A stretch of 64,000 nt of DNA from Eledone cirrhosa (lineage: Eukaryota): positions 273,668,001-273,732,000 of the forward strand of contig OZ024741.1 in assembly GCA_964016885.1 (NCBI GenBank), read 5' to 3'. Below, piece after piece: positions 1 through 11,814 of the stretch (the first letter of the stretch is position 1; the number at the start of each line of letters is the position of its first letter). Under the pieces are notes generated by a model. It ran no database searches and was not told where the DNA came from. It worked only from the letters and a program-made list of their open reading frames with translations. Position numbers and translations under genes: made by a program.

Positions 1-59
1 GTTGTGTTTTAATATGGTGGTGGATTTTATTTTTAGGCTCCACCATTATTTCTTTGATA

Positions 60-410
60 CGCGGCTTCTGTTTCAGGAAATGAGGCGCAAAGGTCTGATT
101 TCACTCGTACTGCAATGATACTCATGAAAAGCTTGTAAACTTGACTCAGTAAGCTGATAGGACGATAGTTCCCACAATCAAGTCGCTACCTTTTTTGTAG
201 AGTACAGCTATCAATACTTTCTTGAACATGCCAGGGCTTTTTCCTGTAGTGATAATACAGTTAAAGAGATGTTGAAGTGCTTTGATAATTGGTTCACCTC
301 CAGCTTTGATGAATTCTGAGTATATGTTGTCCAGTCCAGGGCTTTTTCCTCGTTTCAAATTTTTGGTGGCATGAGATGTCTCACTAGCCAAGATAAATGG
401 AATGGCATCT
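60..410 (-). pseudogene. RTE/L2-type LINE reverse transcriptase fragment (pre-RT region)
   Basis: Minus strand reads KNLKRGKSPGLDNIYSEFIKAGGEPIIKALQHLFNCII...VLYKKG, then after a frameshift NYRPISLLSQVYKLFMSII; this is the typical 'KSPG.D...NYRPISLLS' block of APE-type LINE ORF2. Confidence 0.85.
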
Positions 411-1960
411 GATGTCGAATAACCTGTAGCTCCAATAATGACGGGTATGAAGCTGAAGGTGTATCTTGGATACTGGACCTGCAAATTCCCCATCGATGGT
501 CCATAGCTATATCCTTACTATATTGACATCAGGTGGGCAGCTAACTTCTACAACAGAGCATGTTTTTAATGTGGTCTCAAACAACAATATCAGGCTGGTT
601 GTGTTTTAATATGGTGGTGGATTTTATTTTTAGGCTCCACCATTATTTCTTTGATCCACCAGTTTTAACATATTCCTCCCTATTTGTAATTTTCTTCTTC
701 TGTAATCCATTCCAGATTGTTCTAGCTTTCATATCAAGCCTCGCGGAAAAGTATTAACGAGAAGACATTCTTTCACAGTTGACAATAATGTGGCTAACAT
801 CTTCAATCTTTAATGTCAACTGCTGATCTTTCTCTTTGGTGTAGTAGGTACTTAACAGGGATTACTTGTTTTTGTATTGTATGGAGATATCCTTCAATGT
901 GGGATGTTATGAACTTACCGGAACCCCACGTCAGACTTTTAGTACGGTTTAGCCTCTCTAATGTCTGTGTTTTTCGCATCGCTTAACTATTTACATTCTC
1001 AGTGAATTGATCCATTTTAACATTTTAATCGAGCATTGAGTAGTCTTCCAATGTTCCTGGGAGAGAGATTTCTATTAGATTTGATTTTATGTCTCTCTTC
1101 TAGATCAGTGGCTATCCTAACAATGTTATTTTCATGCTCATAAATATGGACGAGATGGCTGCTGACTTTTTCCTTCTGTTGAAGATGTTGCTTTGTATGA
1201 GAAATATATCCTATCTACATCACCATTTGTGTTAAAGTTTCCAGTAACACTGAACAGCTTGCGAGTCCTTATATCCATCTCACTCAGTTTCTGAAATGTC
1301 CAGTTCAGCAGGCCAAATGTTGGCTTTAGGATGGGCACAGGAAAAGTATTATGGGCAATGAGCTTGCACGCTGAAAGCTGCGATGATCATATTCTCTTTA
1401 CTCTCCTGAGGTATTTATTCCTGATCCTCTCCTTATTTATGGGTAAATAATATCTGACATTCTCATCCTATTTTAGATCCCTATAGTTAACACCAGACTA
1501 TAAAGCTTCTATCGTTAAACTGTTCATTTTAGGTTTTCAGATGAGGGCACAACTTTTCCGCGTTTTATTGTAAAAAATGCACATTTGGACCCACCAAATT
1601 TCATTCCAATATTTGTAGGAAGTTGGTAATTTGATTCAATTTGTTTTTTATGTTGTTTTTCATGCAACTTCAAGTCATAGACAAAGGAAAAATAGGTGGG
1701 ATATACCTCTGGATCTATTTCTATGACAACTGCGTTCTTTTTTAACAGGTATTATAGTTGGTTTAATGAGAAGACGTAGAGCAGCACTGACAAGCTATCA
1801 CCCCGAATGATACCTATTTCGGAGTGAATGCTATCAGACACAATTCACTTCTTATAACCGTTAAGGAGTAAGATATTGTACCAAATCTTGGTCAGGCGTT
1901 CGATTGCAACTACTGGTGGTTGTGGAACTTAGACTAACTGTAAAGCCCTGATAATCCACC
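411..1960 (-). mobile_element. Decayed R4/Dong-like (restriction-like endonuclease) non-LTR retrotransposon, RT to RLE region
   Basis: Frameshifted minus-strand motifs: GIIRGDSLSVLLYVFSLNQL (RT), FVYDLKL (degenerate FxDD), DIGMKFGGSKCA, MDIRTRKLFSVTGNF...DVDRIY, KHNQPDIVV and VEVSCPPDVNI (PD-(D/E)xK RLE), YPRYTFSFIPVIIGATG. Confidence 0.8.
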
Positions 1961-2035
1961 CATGTGGTACACTATCAGGGGCCTTCTTGTAATCCTGCCA
2001 TACTACTGAAACTTTCTGAGATTCTTCCCGTTGTT

Positions 2036-2119
2036 TGTATGTATGTATGTATGTATGTATGTATGTATGTATGTATGTATGTATGTATGTATGTATGTAT
2101 GTATGTATGTATGTATGTA

Positions 2120-2150
<31 letters not shown>

Positions 2151-2226
2151 ATGTATGTATGTATGTATGTATGTATGTGTGTGTGTATGTATGTATGTAT
2201 GTATGTATGTATGTATGTATGTATGT
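2036..2226. repeat. (TATG)n microsatellite, the (CATA)n tail of the adjacent Dong-like 3' end
   Basis: Direct reading; it abuts the 3' UTR of the minus-strand LINE at 2226. Confidence 0.9.
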
Positions 2227-2690
2227 TATCTCTTTCTCTGAATTTCGAGTATATTTTTTTGACCGGCCACCTTCCTGGTGGCAAGGTTGTAAAAGAAAAG
2301 AAATTGTCATCCCTTGAATCGCAAGAATGTTTTGCAAATTTTGAAGGTGCCAGCTATCGCAGTCATTTGCAGACTATGAATTAGGGAGCTGCGTTCTTTG
2401 TCCGTAAATCCAAGTTCAGTCATACTTTGGTCCAAGCGGGTTGGTATATCACCAGTAGCTCCAATAATGGTTTCTTATATAGGCACAAGGCCAGTACTTT
2501 GGGGGGAGGGGAAAGTCGATTAAATCGACCCCAGTGCGTGACTGGTACTTTATTTTATCGATCCCATAAGGATGAAAGGCAAAGTTACCCTCGGCGGGCT
2601 CCAATAACGATGGGTATGAAGCTAAAGGTGTATCTTGGATACTGGATTTGTAAACTCCTCATCAATGGTCCGTAGATGCCCTCCTTCTCC
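2226..2690 (-). mobile_element. 3' end of R4/Dong-like LINE (interrupted by a SINE)
   Basis: Minus strand reads IIGATGDIPTRLDQSMTELGFTDKERSSLIHSLQMTAIAGTFKICKTFLRFKG* followed by a 3' UTR and (CATA)n; homologous to 411-520. Confidence 0.8.
2468..2597 (-). mobile_element. 5'-truncated Nin/Deu-domain SINE with 10-bp TSD
   Basis: Reverse complement of the gcctttcatcc...tcgataaaataaagtacc core; GCTCCAATAA is duplicated at 2458-2467 and 2598-2607. Confidence 0.85.
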
Positions 2691-2691
2691 T

Positions 2692-2848
2692 ATGTATGTT
2701 ATCTCTTTCTCTTAATTTCGAGTATATTTTTTTGACCAGCCACCTTCCTGGTGGCAAGGTTGTAAAAGAAAAGAAATTGTCATCCCTTGAATCGCAAGAA
2801 TGTTTTGCAAATTTTGAAGGTGCCAGCTATCGCAGCCATTTGTAGACT
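2692..2848 (-). mobile_element. Second short 3' end of the same Dong-like LINE
   Basis: Near-identical to 2222-2375 (LQMAAIAGTFKICKTFLRFKG* plus UTR), bounded by (TATG)n on both sides. Confidence 0.85.
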
Positions 2849-3176
2849 ATGTATGTATGTATGTATGTATGTATGTATGTATGTATGTATGTATGTATGT
2901 ATGTATGTATGTATGTATGTACGTACGTACGTATGTATGTATGTATGTATGTATGTATGTATGTATGTATGTATGCATGTATGTATGTATGTACGTATGT
3001 ATGCATGTATGTATGTATGTACGTATATATGCACGTATGTATGTACGTATGTATGTATTCAAGTATGCATGTATGTATAAATGCATGTATGTCTGTATAT
3101 ATGTGTGGATGTATGTACGAATTGCACGAATGTATATGTGCATGTATGTTTGTTTACATTATATATATACGCGCGC

Positions 3177-3240
<64 letters not shown>
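2848..3240. repeat. (TATG)n / (TG)n microsatellites
   Basis: Direct reading. Confidence 0.95.
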
Positions 3241-3242
<2 letters not shown>

Positions 3243-3765
3243 TATAAGTACGTATATTGGTATAGGTGGTGAGTATGCTTTAGTTAAGAGGGGTGAGATC
3301 TTACAGACGGGTTGATTTACCGGAATTTTTTACTCAGATAAAAACGCAACTCCTAATAAAAAGTCTTGTTATCAATCACATTTTTTCACACTGCCCGAAT
3401 TTTCTACTCTACTGTTTTACCCGACTTTGTGGGGACAGTTACTTTGTCTTACCCTCCCCCCTACACACCACTACCACCGCTTACCATCACCACTACCATC
3501 ATCACCACCAACACCACTACAATCATCACCACCACTACCACCACCTTCCACCGCTATCACCACCACCATCACCAGCATCGTCACCACCACCACCACCACC
3601 ACCACCACCAGCCATATTACATATGTAGGGTACAGTAAGGAGTCTTTACTCCAGTGACGTATGATACTAGTTAAGTAGAAGGGTGTAAAATAAAGTAACT
3701 GGGATAGGAAACATGATATTTGTCATAGATGATGTTTTACTGTCATTTTCTACTCTTACCGGTGA

Positions 3766-4070
3766 AGGTGGGTGGCTTTGTGTTTAGGGTATTCAGATCA
3801 CAATCGTGAGGTCTTGAGTTCGATTCCCGGCAGCACGTTGTGTCCTTGAGTAAGACACTTTATTTCACGTTGCTCCAGCCCAGTCCACTCAGCTGGCAAA
3901 AATGAGTTGTACTTGTAAGTCTAAGGGCCAGCCATATTACATTCTGTGTCAGGCTGAATCTCCCTGAGAACTACGTTGAGTGTACGCTTGTCTGTGAAAT
4001 GTTCAGCCACTTGCACGTTAATTTAACGAGGAGTGTGTTCCGTTGATCGAATCCCAGGTGCATCGCAGTT
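3766..4070 (+). mobile_element. tRNA-derived CORE-type SINE
   Basis: A-box-like gtggctttgtg, B-box gagttcgattccc, CORE-like tgtgtccttgagtaagacactt; matches 9190-9487. Confidence 0.85.
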
Positions 4071-4104
4071 GGACAGAACCCAAACCACGGGATTGTAAAG
4101 TGGG

Positions 4105-4191
<87 letters not shown>

Positions 4192-4192
<1 letters not shown>

Positions 4193-4366
4193 GCAAAAGA
4201 TCTATTTAAATTGCTGGGACACAACAAGCAAATATTATTATAACTGATATAAAGCACTCAACAAATAATTGGAGTAGATATACAATATTAATAAATGGAA
4301 ACTATATTTATAAAACCATATTTATTTCATTATATATATTTCAAGGATACCAAGTTAAATCATGGT
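4192..4366 (-). mobile_element. PLE 3'-end footprint, family P1 (HHR 3' half)
   Basis: Homologous to 4989-5143; minus strand reads ATACCA-tgatttaact-TGGTAT-cctt-GAAA-TATATA-TA (stem II hairpin, GAAA, palindromic stem III, UH); (TA)n on both sides. Confidence 0.7.
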
Positions 4367-4391
4367 ATATATACATATATATATATATATT

Positions 4392-4426
<35 letters not shown>

Positions 4427-4429
<3 letters not shown>

Positions 4430-4473
4430 CGAAACGGCCGGAACTCAGCCATCGGGGACCTGACTCTTTTCCT
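4427..4473 (+). mobile_element. Short footprint related to family P5
   Basis: gtcgaaacggccggaactcagccatcggggacc aligns with gtcgaaacggcttgagctcagccgtcggggtcc at 38703. Confidence 0.6.
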
Positions 4474-4648
4474 TGAATATATATGGAGAGAGAACGAGAG
4501 AGGGAGAGAGGCAGTGGGGGGATGTATAATTATATATATAATACATATGTATATACATATATATGTAAGTATACATATATATGTATGTATATATTTATAT
4601 ATATATATCTTCTTCTCTCGCTTTCCCCTGTCTAACATTATATATATA

Positions 4649-4830
4649 TTGGCAGTATCGATAGAGGGTCGGACGCCATGCTTTGACGCATAGAGTTACG
4701 GCCCTTGCCATTCTGAGTTCAATTCCTGCCGAGGTTAACTTTGCCTTTCATCCTTACGGGGTCGATAAAATAAAGTACCAGTAATACACTGGGTAATTGC
4801 TGGCCTTGTGCCAATAGTAGAAACAATTAT
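4649..4830 (+). mobile_element. tRNA-derived Nin/Deu-domain SINE
   Basis: ttggcagtatcg...ctgagttcaattcc...gcctttcatccttacggggtcgataaaataaagtacc...gaaacaatta. Confidence 0.9.
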
Positions 4831-4852
4831 ATATATATATATATTCATGCCT

Positions 4853-4918
<66 letters not shown>

Positions 4919-4921
<3 letters not shown>

Positions 4922-5143
4922 CGATATTAACAAATGGAAACTATATTTATAAAACCATATTTATTTCATTATACATATTTCAAGGACACCTTGAAATATG
5001 TATAATGAAATAAATATGGTTTTATAAATATAGTTTCCATTTGTTAATATCGTATTTTTACTCCAATTATTTGTTGAGTGCTTTATATCAGGTATAAAAA
5101 TATTTGCTTGTTGTATCCCAACAATTTAAATAGAACTTTTACA
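4919..5143. mobile_element. Palindromic PLE footprint, family P1
   Basis: Perfect 67-bp arms 4919-4985 / 4989-5055 with a 3-nt spacer, plus a tail 5056-5143; GAAATATGTATA at 4993 is identical to the 3' half of the HHR at 45791; (TA)n on both sides. Confidence 0.8.
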
Positions 5144-5179
5144 TATATATATATATATATATATATATGTCTATATATA

Positions 5180-5255
<76 letters not shown>

Positions 5256-5711
5256 TATACATATATATATACATATATATATACATATATATATACATAT
5301 GTGATAACTTGTTGAGTCCGTGTGAGAATAGGGTGACTAAACTGTCAGGATCAAAGCATTCTACAAATGAATTTGATTGATTGATTTTACGGATGAATGC
5401 ATATGCGTATATATATATATATATATATGTAATGTGTATAGCTTTATATAGCCGCGTATGTTAAACACTTGGCGGTTGTACACAAATATGTGCATGATTA
5501 TTTATATATATGCATATATGTGTAGGCACATTCATACACATAAACACGCACACACACACGCGCGCGCGCATACACATACGCACACGCACACACGCGCATA
5601 CACGCATACACACACACGCACGTGCGCGCATGCATACACACACACATATATATATATATATATTAGTATGATTATATTTATATAAATATGTATGCATGTA
5701 TGTATGTACTG

Positions 5712-5768
<57 letters not shown>

Positions 5769-6119
5769 CGTATGTATGTACGTGTATGTATGTTTGTACG
5801 TATGTATGTGCATGTATGTATGTTCGTGTGAAAGTTTGTATGTTATTTATGTATAAATGTATGCATATATGTATGTGTGTATGCATGTATGTATTTATGT
5901 ACATATGTGCGTATGTATTTACGCGTGTGTGTATGTATGCATGTATGTATTTATGTATGTATATATGCAGGTGTGTATGTATGTATGTATGTATGTTATG
6001 TATGTATAAATGTATGTATGTAGGTGTGTGTGTATGTATGAATGTATGCATATATGTATGACCGTGTGTAGGTGTGTATGTATGTATGCATATGTGTGCA
6101 AGTATGTAAATATATAATA

Positions 6120-6335
6120 TATATAAAAGAAGAGATTAAAAGATGGTTAAAAAAGTTCCATATATTTTATTATGCGCATTTCGAAAACAACATCATCCTG
6201 GGACAAAATTGTGTTCTTTTTTAACCATCTTTTAATCTCTTCTTTAATATATACTCCAGTTCTACCAACTGTTGAGTGCTACTTATCGGATATATGCATA
6301 GTTTTATTGTTCTACAATATTACTCACCTTCTACA
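6120..6335. mobile_element. Inverted PLE footprint, family P2 (HHR 3' half GAAA-TGCGCA-TA on minus strand)
   Basis: Arms about 6120-6155 / 6216-6252, tail to 6335; homologous to 56757-57022. Confidence 0.75.
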
Positions 6336-6566
6336 TATATAATATATATATATATATATACATACACACACATGCACACACACACACACACATTCATACA
6401 TAGAGAGGGAGAGAGAGAGAGTGAGAGAAAGAGAGAGCGTGTGTGTGTGTGTGTCTGCGGTGCTGTAGCTGGGGAGACTACTAATCATTGGTGTACTCGA
6501 CGTATGGGGAGATGTAGAGTGGGTATAGAGATGGGTATACGTTGTAAGCCAATAAAATTCAAGGAT

Positions 6567-7050
6567 CAACAACATCCTTGGTTCGATCTGATCATCAGCT
6601 CCTTTCCTTTCTTCATATCACCAATGGTAACAACATCCTTGGTTCGATCTGATGATCAACTTCTTTCCTTTCTTTATATCACCAATGGTAACAGTTTCCT
6701 TGGTTCGATCTGATGATCAGTTCGAGTCCTTTCTTCACATAACCAATGGTAACAACATCCTTGGTTCGATCTGATCATCAGCTCCTTTCCTTTCTGCACA
6801 TCACCAATGGTAACAACATCCTTGGTTCGATCTGGTGATCAGCTCCTTTCCTTTCTTCACATCACCAATGGTAACAGTTTCCCTGGTTCGATCTAATGAT
6901 CAACTTCTCTCCTTTCTTCACATCACCAATGGTAACAACATCGTTGGTTCGATCTAATGATCAGCTTCTTTCCTTTCTTCACATCCCCAATGGTAACAAC
7001 ATCCTTGGTTCGATCTGATGATCAGCTCCTTTCCTTTCTGCACATCACCA
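6567..7050. repeat. Minisatellite, about 61-bp unit, about 8 copies
   Basis: Unit caacatccttggttcgatctgat(c/g)atcagctcctttcctttcttcacatcaccaatggtaa repeated head-to-tail with point variants. Confidence 0.95.
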
Positions 7051-7504
7051 AGTCCTGCTGGTATTCACGCTTTAGAAAACAATATTAAAGAACAGCCAAG
7101 TATATATGTTCGTCTATATCTACTAACGCATGCTTCTGTTTCTTTATGGAGAAACACAACGGAAGTTGCAAGGGGATAGGTTAATGGGTAGGCAGGTGGT
7201 TTTTCCCCAGAGTCGGTGTGGGGAAACATTTGCAGCAATGTAATATATGTTTATGTTTGTTTTTTTGTTGTTGTTGGTGTTCTTGTTGTTTTCTCGTGAG
7301 AATCTACTGTCAACTTCATAACGGATTACAATAATGGGAGAGAATCGATGGATTGTCTAATGGTGAACTTCGTATATAAGATCACGATTTTTCTCGCCTT
7401 TTTGGGGGTTGCTTTGTTAATGGCCTTGAACGTACATCATCTTGAACCGCAACTCCACCGGACTGAAACGCCCATACCACTAAATAAACCTGTATTCGAC
7501 CTAA

Positions 7505-7686
7505 ATAATTGTTTCTACTTTTGGCACAAGACCAGCAATTACCCCAGTACATTACTGGTGTTTTATTTTATTGGCCCCTTAAGGATTCTGAAAGATGAAA
7601 GACTAAGTTGAACTCAACGTAAAGATCCGAGACAAATATTTCTAAGTTTTGTCAGATGCTCTACCGATTCTGCCAGTCCACCGCCA
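7505..7686 (-). mobile_element. Degenerate Nin/Deu-domain SINE
   Basis: taattgtttctacttttggcacaag...ctaccgattctgccagtccaccgcc is the reverse complement of the family consensus seen at 53281. Confidence 0.75.
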
Positions 7687-7831
7687 CTCCATTCAACGTA
7701 AGTACTATTCACTGTGTTTACATTTGTCAACTATTGTAAAAATTGCTGAGCCGTTCTCACACAAGTTTACATATAACCTTGTGTGACACTTGAACACGAG
7801 TTTATAGTACGAAACCTCGTTGAAGGATAGC

Positions 7832-7865
<34 letters not shown>

Positions 7866-8007
7866 TGTATGTATGTATGTATGTATGTATGTATGTATGT
7901 ATGTATGTATGCATGTATGCATGGCTGGATGGATGTATGTATGGCTGGATGGAAGTATGTATGTATGTATGTATGTATGTATGTATGTATGTATGTATGT
8001 ATGTATG

Positions 8008-8585
8008 TCGGGTCACTCTTGAGTGCTACTGGTAACACGTAACCCAGTACAACCTGTCGCATGATCGGGTCGTCGGCGACTAAACCGGCAACCCCACCAA
8101 GTCTATTTGGTGAGGAGGGTCATTTTGGACACCCTGCAGGAAAAAAACAAACAAAACCTGACAAAGGGCGGAGGAACTAATAAGAGTCAACGGCCACCCA
8201 AAAATGTGTAAATATGTATATACACATGTACCGTGCGGTTAAACCACTGGGAGTGAAGGACCCCTAGCTTTTGTCAGGGCATTCTTCTAGGAGAAGGCAA
8301 CTCAGGAATCTGGGATAACTCCGACATAAAACCTGCGGCTCAGTAGTTACCGATGATGTTGACCTTTTCTTCTTTTCGGGTTATAGCTACTGTCGCTCAG
8401 AGAGTGGATTGGTTCAGTGCACAGTCTTTCCTCACTTTCAAAAAAAATCTTCACGCACAGGCATTGCACGATAGAATTCATTAATAATGTTATATCGTGC
8501 AATGGCCATACTCGATAACGAGGGAGCAGTCATCATGTATGTATGTATGTATGTGTGTGTGTGTATGTATGTATGTATGTATGTA
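8008..8585 (+). mobile_element. Bipartite RTE-derived element (5' UTR-like part joined to a short 3' end with (ATGT)n tail)
   Basis: 8051-8470 is homologous to 8590-8935; the end ggccatactcgataacgagggagcagtcatc(atgt)n matches 9112-9186. Confidence 0.6.
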
Positions 8586-8589
8586 TGTC

Positions 8590-9186
8590 TCATGGTCGGG
8601 TCGTTGGCGACTAAACTGGCAACCCCACCAAGGTTTTTTGGTGAGGGGGGTGACTTTGGATATCCTGCAGGACAAAAAAAAAACCTGTCAAAGGCCAAAG
8701 GAGCTCTTAAGAGTCAATGGCCACCCAAAATCACCAGGAGAGATGACCCCTTAGCTTTTGTCAAGGCAGAATTCTAGGAGAAGGAAAACTCTGATATAAC
8801 ACCTGCAACCCTGATGGTATCCAATGATGTTGACTTGTTCTTCTTTTTGGTAAATATCATCTTGGTTAAGAGAGTGGGACTGGCTTTGTGCAAGTGCCTT
8901 TGCTCACTATAAAAGCTTCACGGCACAGGCATTGCTTTATATCTGGAGATCTCTCTACACTTGTCATATGGTAACATGAGCCCAGCACTATGTGTCAATA
9001 ATTGTCACAAGTGTAGTGTTTGTACCAGAGTTTTCAAGTCGCTGGCTGGACTAAAACGTCACACTAGTTCAGCGTATCGGTAGGGGTTCTCTTACATGGA
9101 TATAAAGTAGTGGCCGTACTCGAAAACGAGTTGGCAGCCACCATGTATGTATGTATGTATGTATGTATGTATGTATGTATGTATGT
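8590..9186 (+). mobile_element. Second bipartite RTE-derived element with C2H2 zinc-finger 3' remnant
   Basis: About 9006-9068 encodes HKCSVCTRVFKSLAGLKRHTS (RTE/BovB-like terminal C2H2), then a 3' UTR and (ATGT)n. Confidence 0.65.
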
Positions 9187-9189
9187 GAA

Positions 9190-9487
9190 GGCGCGTGGCT
9201 TTGTAGTTAAGGTATTTGGCTCACAGTCGTGAGGTCATGAGTTCGATTCCCGGGGGGACGTTGCATCCTTGAGCAAGACACTTTATTTCACGTTGCTTCA
9301 GTCACTCAGCTGACAAAACTGAGTTGTACCTGTAATTAGAAGGGCCAGCCATGCCACATTCGGTATCATGCTGAATCTCCCTGAGAACTACGTTAAGGGT
9401 ACACGTGTCTGCACGTTAATTTCACGAGCAGACTGTTCTGTTGATTGGATCAATTGGAACACTCGTCATAACCGACGGAGTGCCATC
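9190..9487 (+). mobile_element. tRNA-derived CORE-type SINE (near full length)
   Basis: ggcgcgtggct...gagttcgattccc...ccttgagcaagacactttatttcacgttgct...accgacggagtgcca. Confidence 0.9.
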
Positions 9488-10642
9488 CTATGTGTGTATA
9501 TATGTAATAGATCTATAGATGAAAATATATACATATCCATAACAAACCAGAAATGGAGGAAAAATATTAAGAGAGAGAGAGGTGGGAGAGAGATGGAGGG
9601 GGAGAGAGAGAGGGAGAGGGAGAGAGAGGCATCAGAGAGTGTGAGAGAGGCAGAGAGAGAGGGGGGGGGCGAGGCAGGAGGAGAGAGAAGAGACCTTTAT
9701 GTCTAATCAGTCTTCATCCTAAATTTTGCTGTTGTAATCTTTTGTCGAACAAGTTTCTCTGTGTTTTACGATAAAATACGTAGGATTTGTGATAAGAGAA
9801 AAGAGTATTTAAAACTGTGGAGTCATTCACTTGGGAATGTTAACCTCAACATGTCTCTTCACACCTGATTAAGGAAATCTACGTCCACCATTTTGTTGAA
9901 CTTTCTACCATAATCTAGCAATGGCCGCTGCAAGATTGTATTTTCGCACTATTTCCTTCGATATGGTTTCAAGGGTTGGAGGAAATATTGAATAGACGTT
10001 TTGCAAAGGTTAGGTTCTCTCTACTACTGGTGTTTATTGTTATTCAGTTCAGTTCAGTAGTATGTTATCAGTTATGGGTGTAGCCACGGGATAATTAAAG
10101 GAGAATTATTTCCCCAGTACTTTCAACAAAGATATAAAGTTATAGCAGCATTGGGTTTAAACAACAGACTACATGCCATTATGTATTTACATTAGTACAT
10201 ACCCGTTAGGTTTTACGGACGAAATGAAACAATACGTATTCGGTTTCTTTACCAAAGAAATGTTAACAAAGCTATGTTTGTGGATTATATAGATACGTAC
10301 ATACATACTTATATACATATACACAATTATACATACATACATGTATGCATACATTCATATATACATACATACATACACGTATGCATACATACATATATAC
10401 ATGCATATATACTTCATGCATACATACATATATACATACTTACATGCATGCATACATACATACATACATATGTCCATACATACATAAATATGTACTTACA
10501 TGCATAGGTACATACATGCATACTTACATTCATACATACATAATACATACATATGTGCATACAATCATACATACATACATACATACATACGTACATACAT
10601 ACATACATGCGTATATACATATATACATAAAAGGATGAAGAT

Positions 10643-10943
10643 CCCATAACTCCTTGTGGAGTCATAGAGGTACCGTCATATGGCGTGTCTAGGGCACTTT
10701 TAAACCTGGTGGAGCCCATCCTTCTCCAGGCATGAGTACAGCAGATTTCTTCCAGAGAACGACAGAAAGTGAGAAAGGAAATGAGAAAGAGATATAGAGG
10801 AAAACTCGACCCCAGTACTAGACTAATACTTTTTTTATCGCCCTCGAAAGGATGAAAGGCAAAGTTGACCTCGGCGGGATTTGAACTCTGAGAGCGTAAA
10901 ACATTCTATCCGACGTCTTAATGACTCTGCCAATTCGCCGCCC
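10643..10943 (-). mobile_element. Composite repeat: Nin/Deu SINE head plus extended 3' segment
   Basis: 10805-10943 is a reverse-complement Nin SINE; 10643-10800 (catatggcgt...ggagcccatc...gaaagtgagaaaggaaatgagaaagagatatagag) recurs in the same order at 24049-24336. Confidence 0.75.
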
Positions 10944-11169
10944 TTCATGTATACATACATGTGGGATGGCTGTATCTCGATTTCGAGAAATACCATCACA
11001 TATGGGTGGTAAAAAGGTAAGTTTCTAGTCCTGCCAAGGAATTACGGCCTTTTCTCCATATACTGCAATGAAAGTTAAAAAAATAGAAAGCGATTATCGG
11101 CTACGTCGAGGCCTGCTCACCCAACACGAGTGAAAGTCGTTTACATCCAGTGATACCTGTGCTTGAAGC

Positions 11170-11360
11170 ATTTTTAAGTGAAGAAACGCCTTGAACTGGA
11201 TCAGTTCACTCCCTGAACCACAGTGACAGGTATCAAAAAAGAACAGGTCAACATCATTGGCTGCCATAGAATCGTAGGTTTTACATCAGAGATATCCACC
11301 TCCTAGAATTATGTCCTAACAAGAACTAGGGGCCTTTCACTCCTACTGGGCTAACCGCAT
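11170..11360 (-). mobile_element. Fragment of the RTE-derived 5' region family
   Basis: Reverse complement resembles 8230-8440 (gatgttgacc, ctaggag, gagtgaaag...ccctag). Confidence 0.55.
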
Positions 11361-11409
11361 CTTTGGACATCAAATAGGGTATTTCCATGCCCACTCTTAT
11401 ATATATATA

Positions 11410-11796
11410 TAATAAAAATAATAAGAAGAACAAAGTGGAGGTGTTAATAGGAGATTTATTGCTCAATCCTGGTTACAAATGTTTCTAAAGCTGCTGGCTT
11501 GAATTCTAGGTCCGTGATTGGTCATTTTATATGCTTGTTTGTGCCTGGCTGGTTCGTCCACAGATTTGATGTGATATTTGTTGTGTTAACACTGGCCTGA
11601 GGATCCGGCAAACTTGGAGTCTGGTCTGGGGGTGCCATCCCAGATCACGAGCCAACTGCTTGAGAAACATTTGTAACCAGGATTGAGCAATAAATCTCCT
11701 ATGTAACACCTCCACTTTGTTCTTATTATATACACTCTGCTCTGCATCGAGTGCTGACCTTGGTACTCTCATCAGTTTTCTTCTGCACCCGCCCCC
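11410..11796. mobile_element. Inverted PLE footprint, family P3
   Basis: 11421-11499 is the reverse complement of 11650-11730; tail 11731-11796; (TA)n flanks; AATAAA just after the HHR. Confidence 0.8.
11592..11680 (+). ncRNA. Type I hammerhead ribozyme with long stem II
   Basis: CTGGC-CTGAGGA-TC...(long hairpin including TCTGGG/CCCAGA)...GA-GAAA-CATTTG-TA-ACCAG; stem I CTGG/CCAG with a C.A mismatch next to the core. Confidence 0.7.
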
Positions 11797-11814
11797 ATAT
11801 ATATGTACTTATAT

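Noticed and set aside
4919-5055. Palindromes as MITE TIRs, miRNA hairpins or assembly fold-backs
   Set aside because: The arms are asymmetric with a tail, the same sequences occur as non-palindromic copies, HHR motifs are embedded, and several pairs have diverged. Long-read confirmation is still advisable for the near-perfect ones.
6567-7050. CRISPR array or tandem hammerhead array
   Set aside because: There are no unique spacers and the context is eukaryotic; CTGATGA is not followed by a stem II-GAAA-stem III-UH arrangement.
9190-9260. tRNA genes at SINE heads
   Set aside because: A/B boxes are present but there is no full cloverleaf, and they continue into SINE bodies.
9710-10260. Unique-looking stretches (also 22960-23160, 37750-38330, 47600-47760, 57600-57990) as host exons
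   Set aside because: No convincing ORF, splice pair or recognisable domain; small exons or enhancers cannot be excluded without RNA-seq or alignment.
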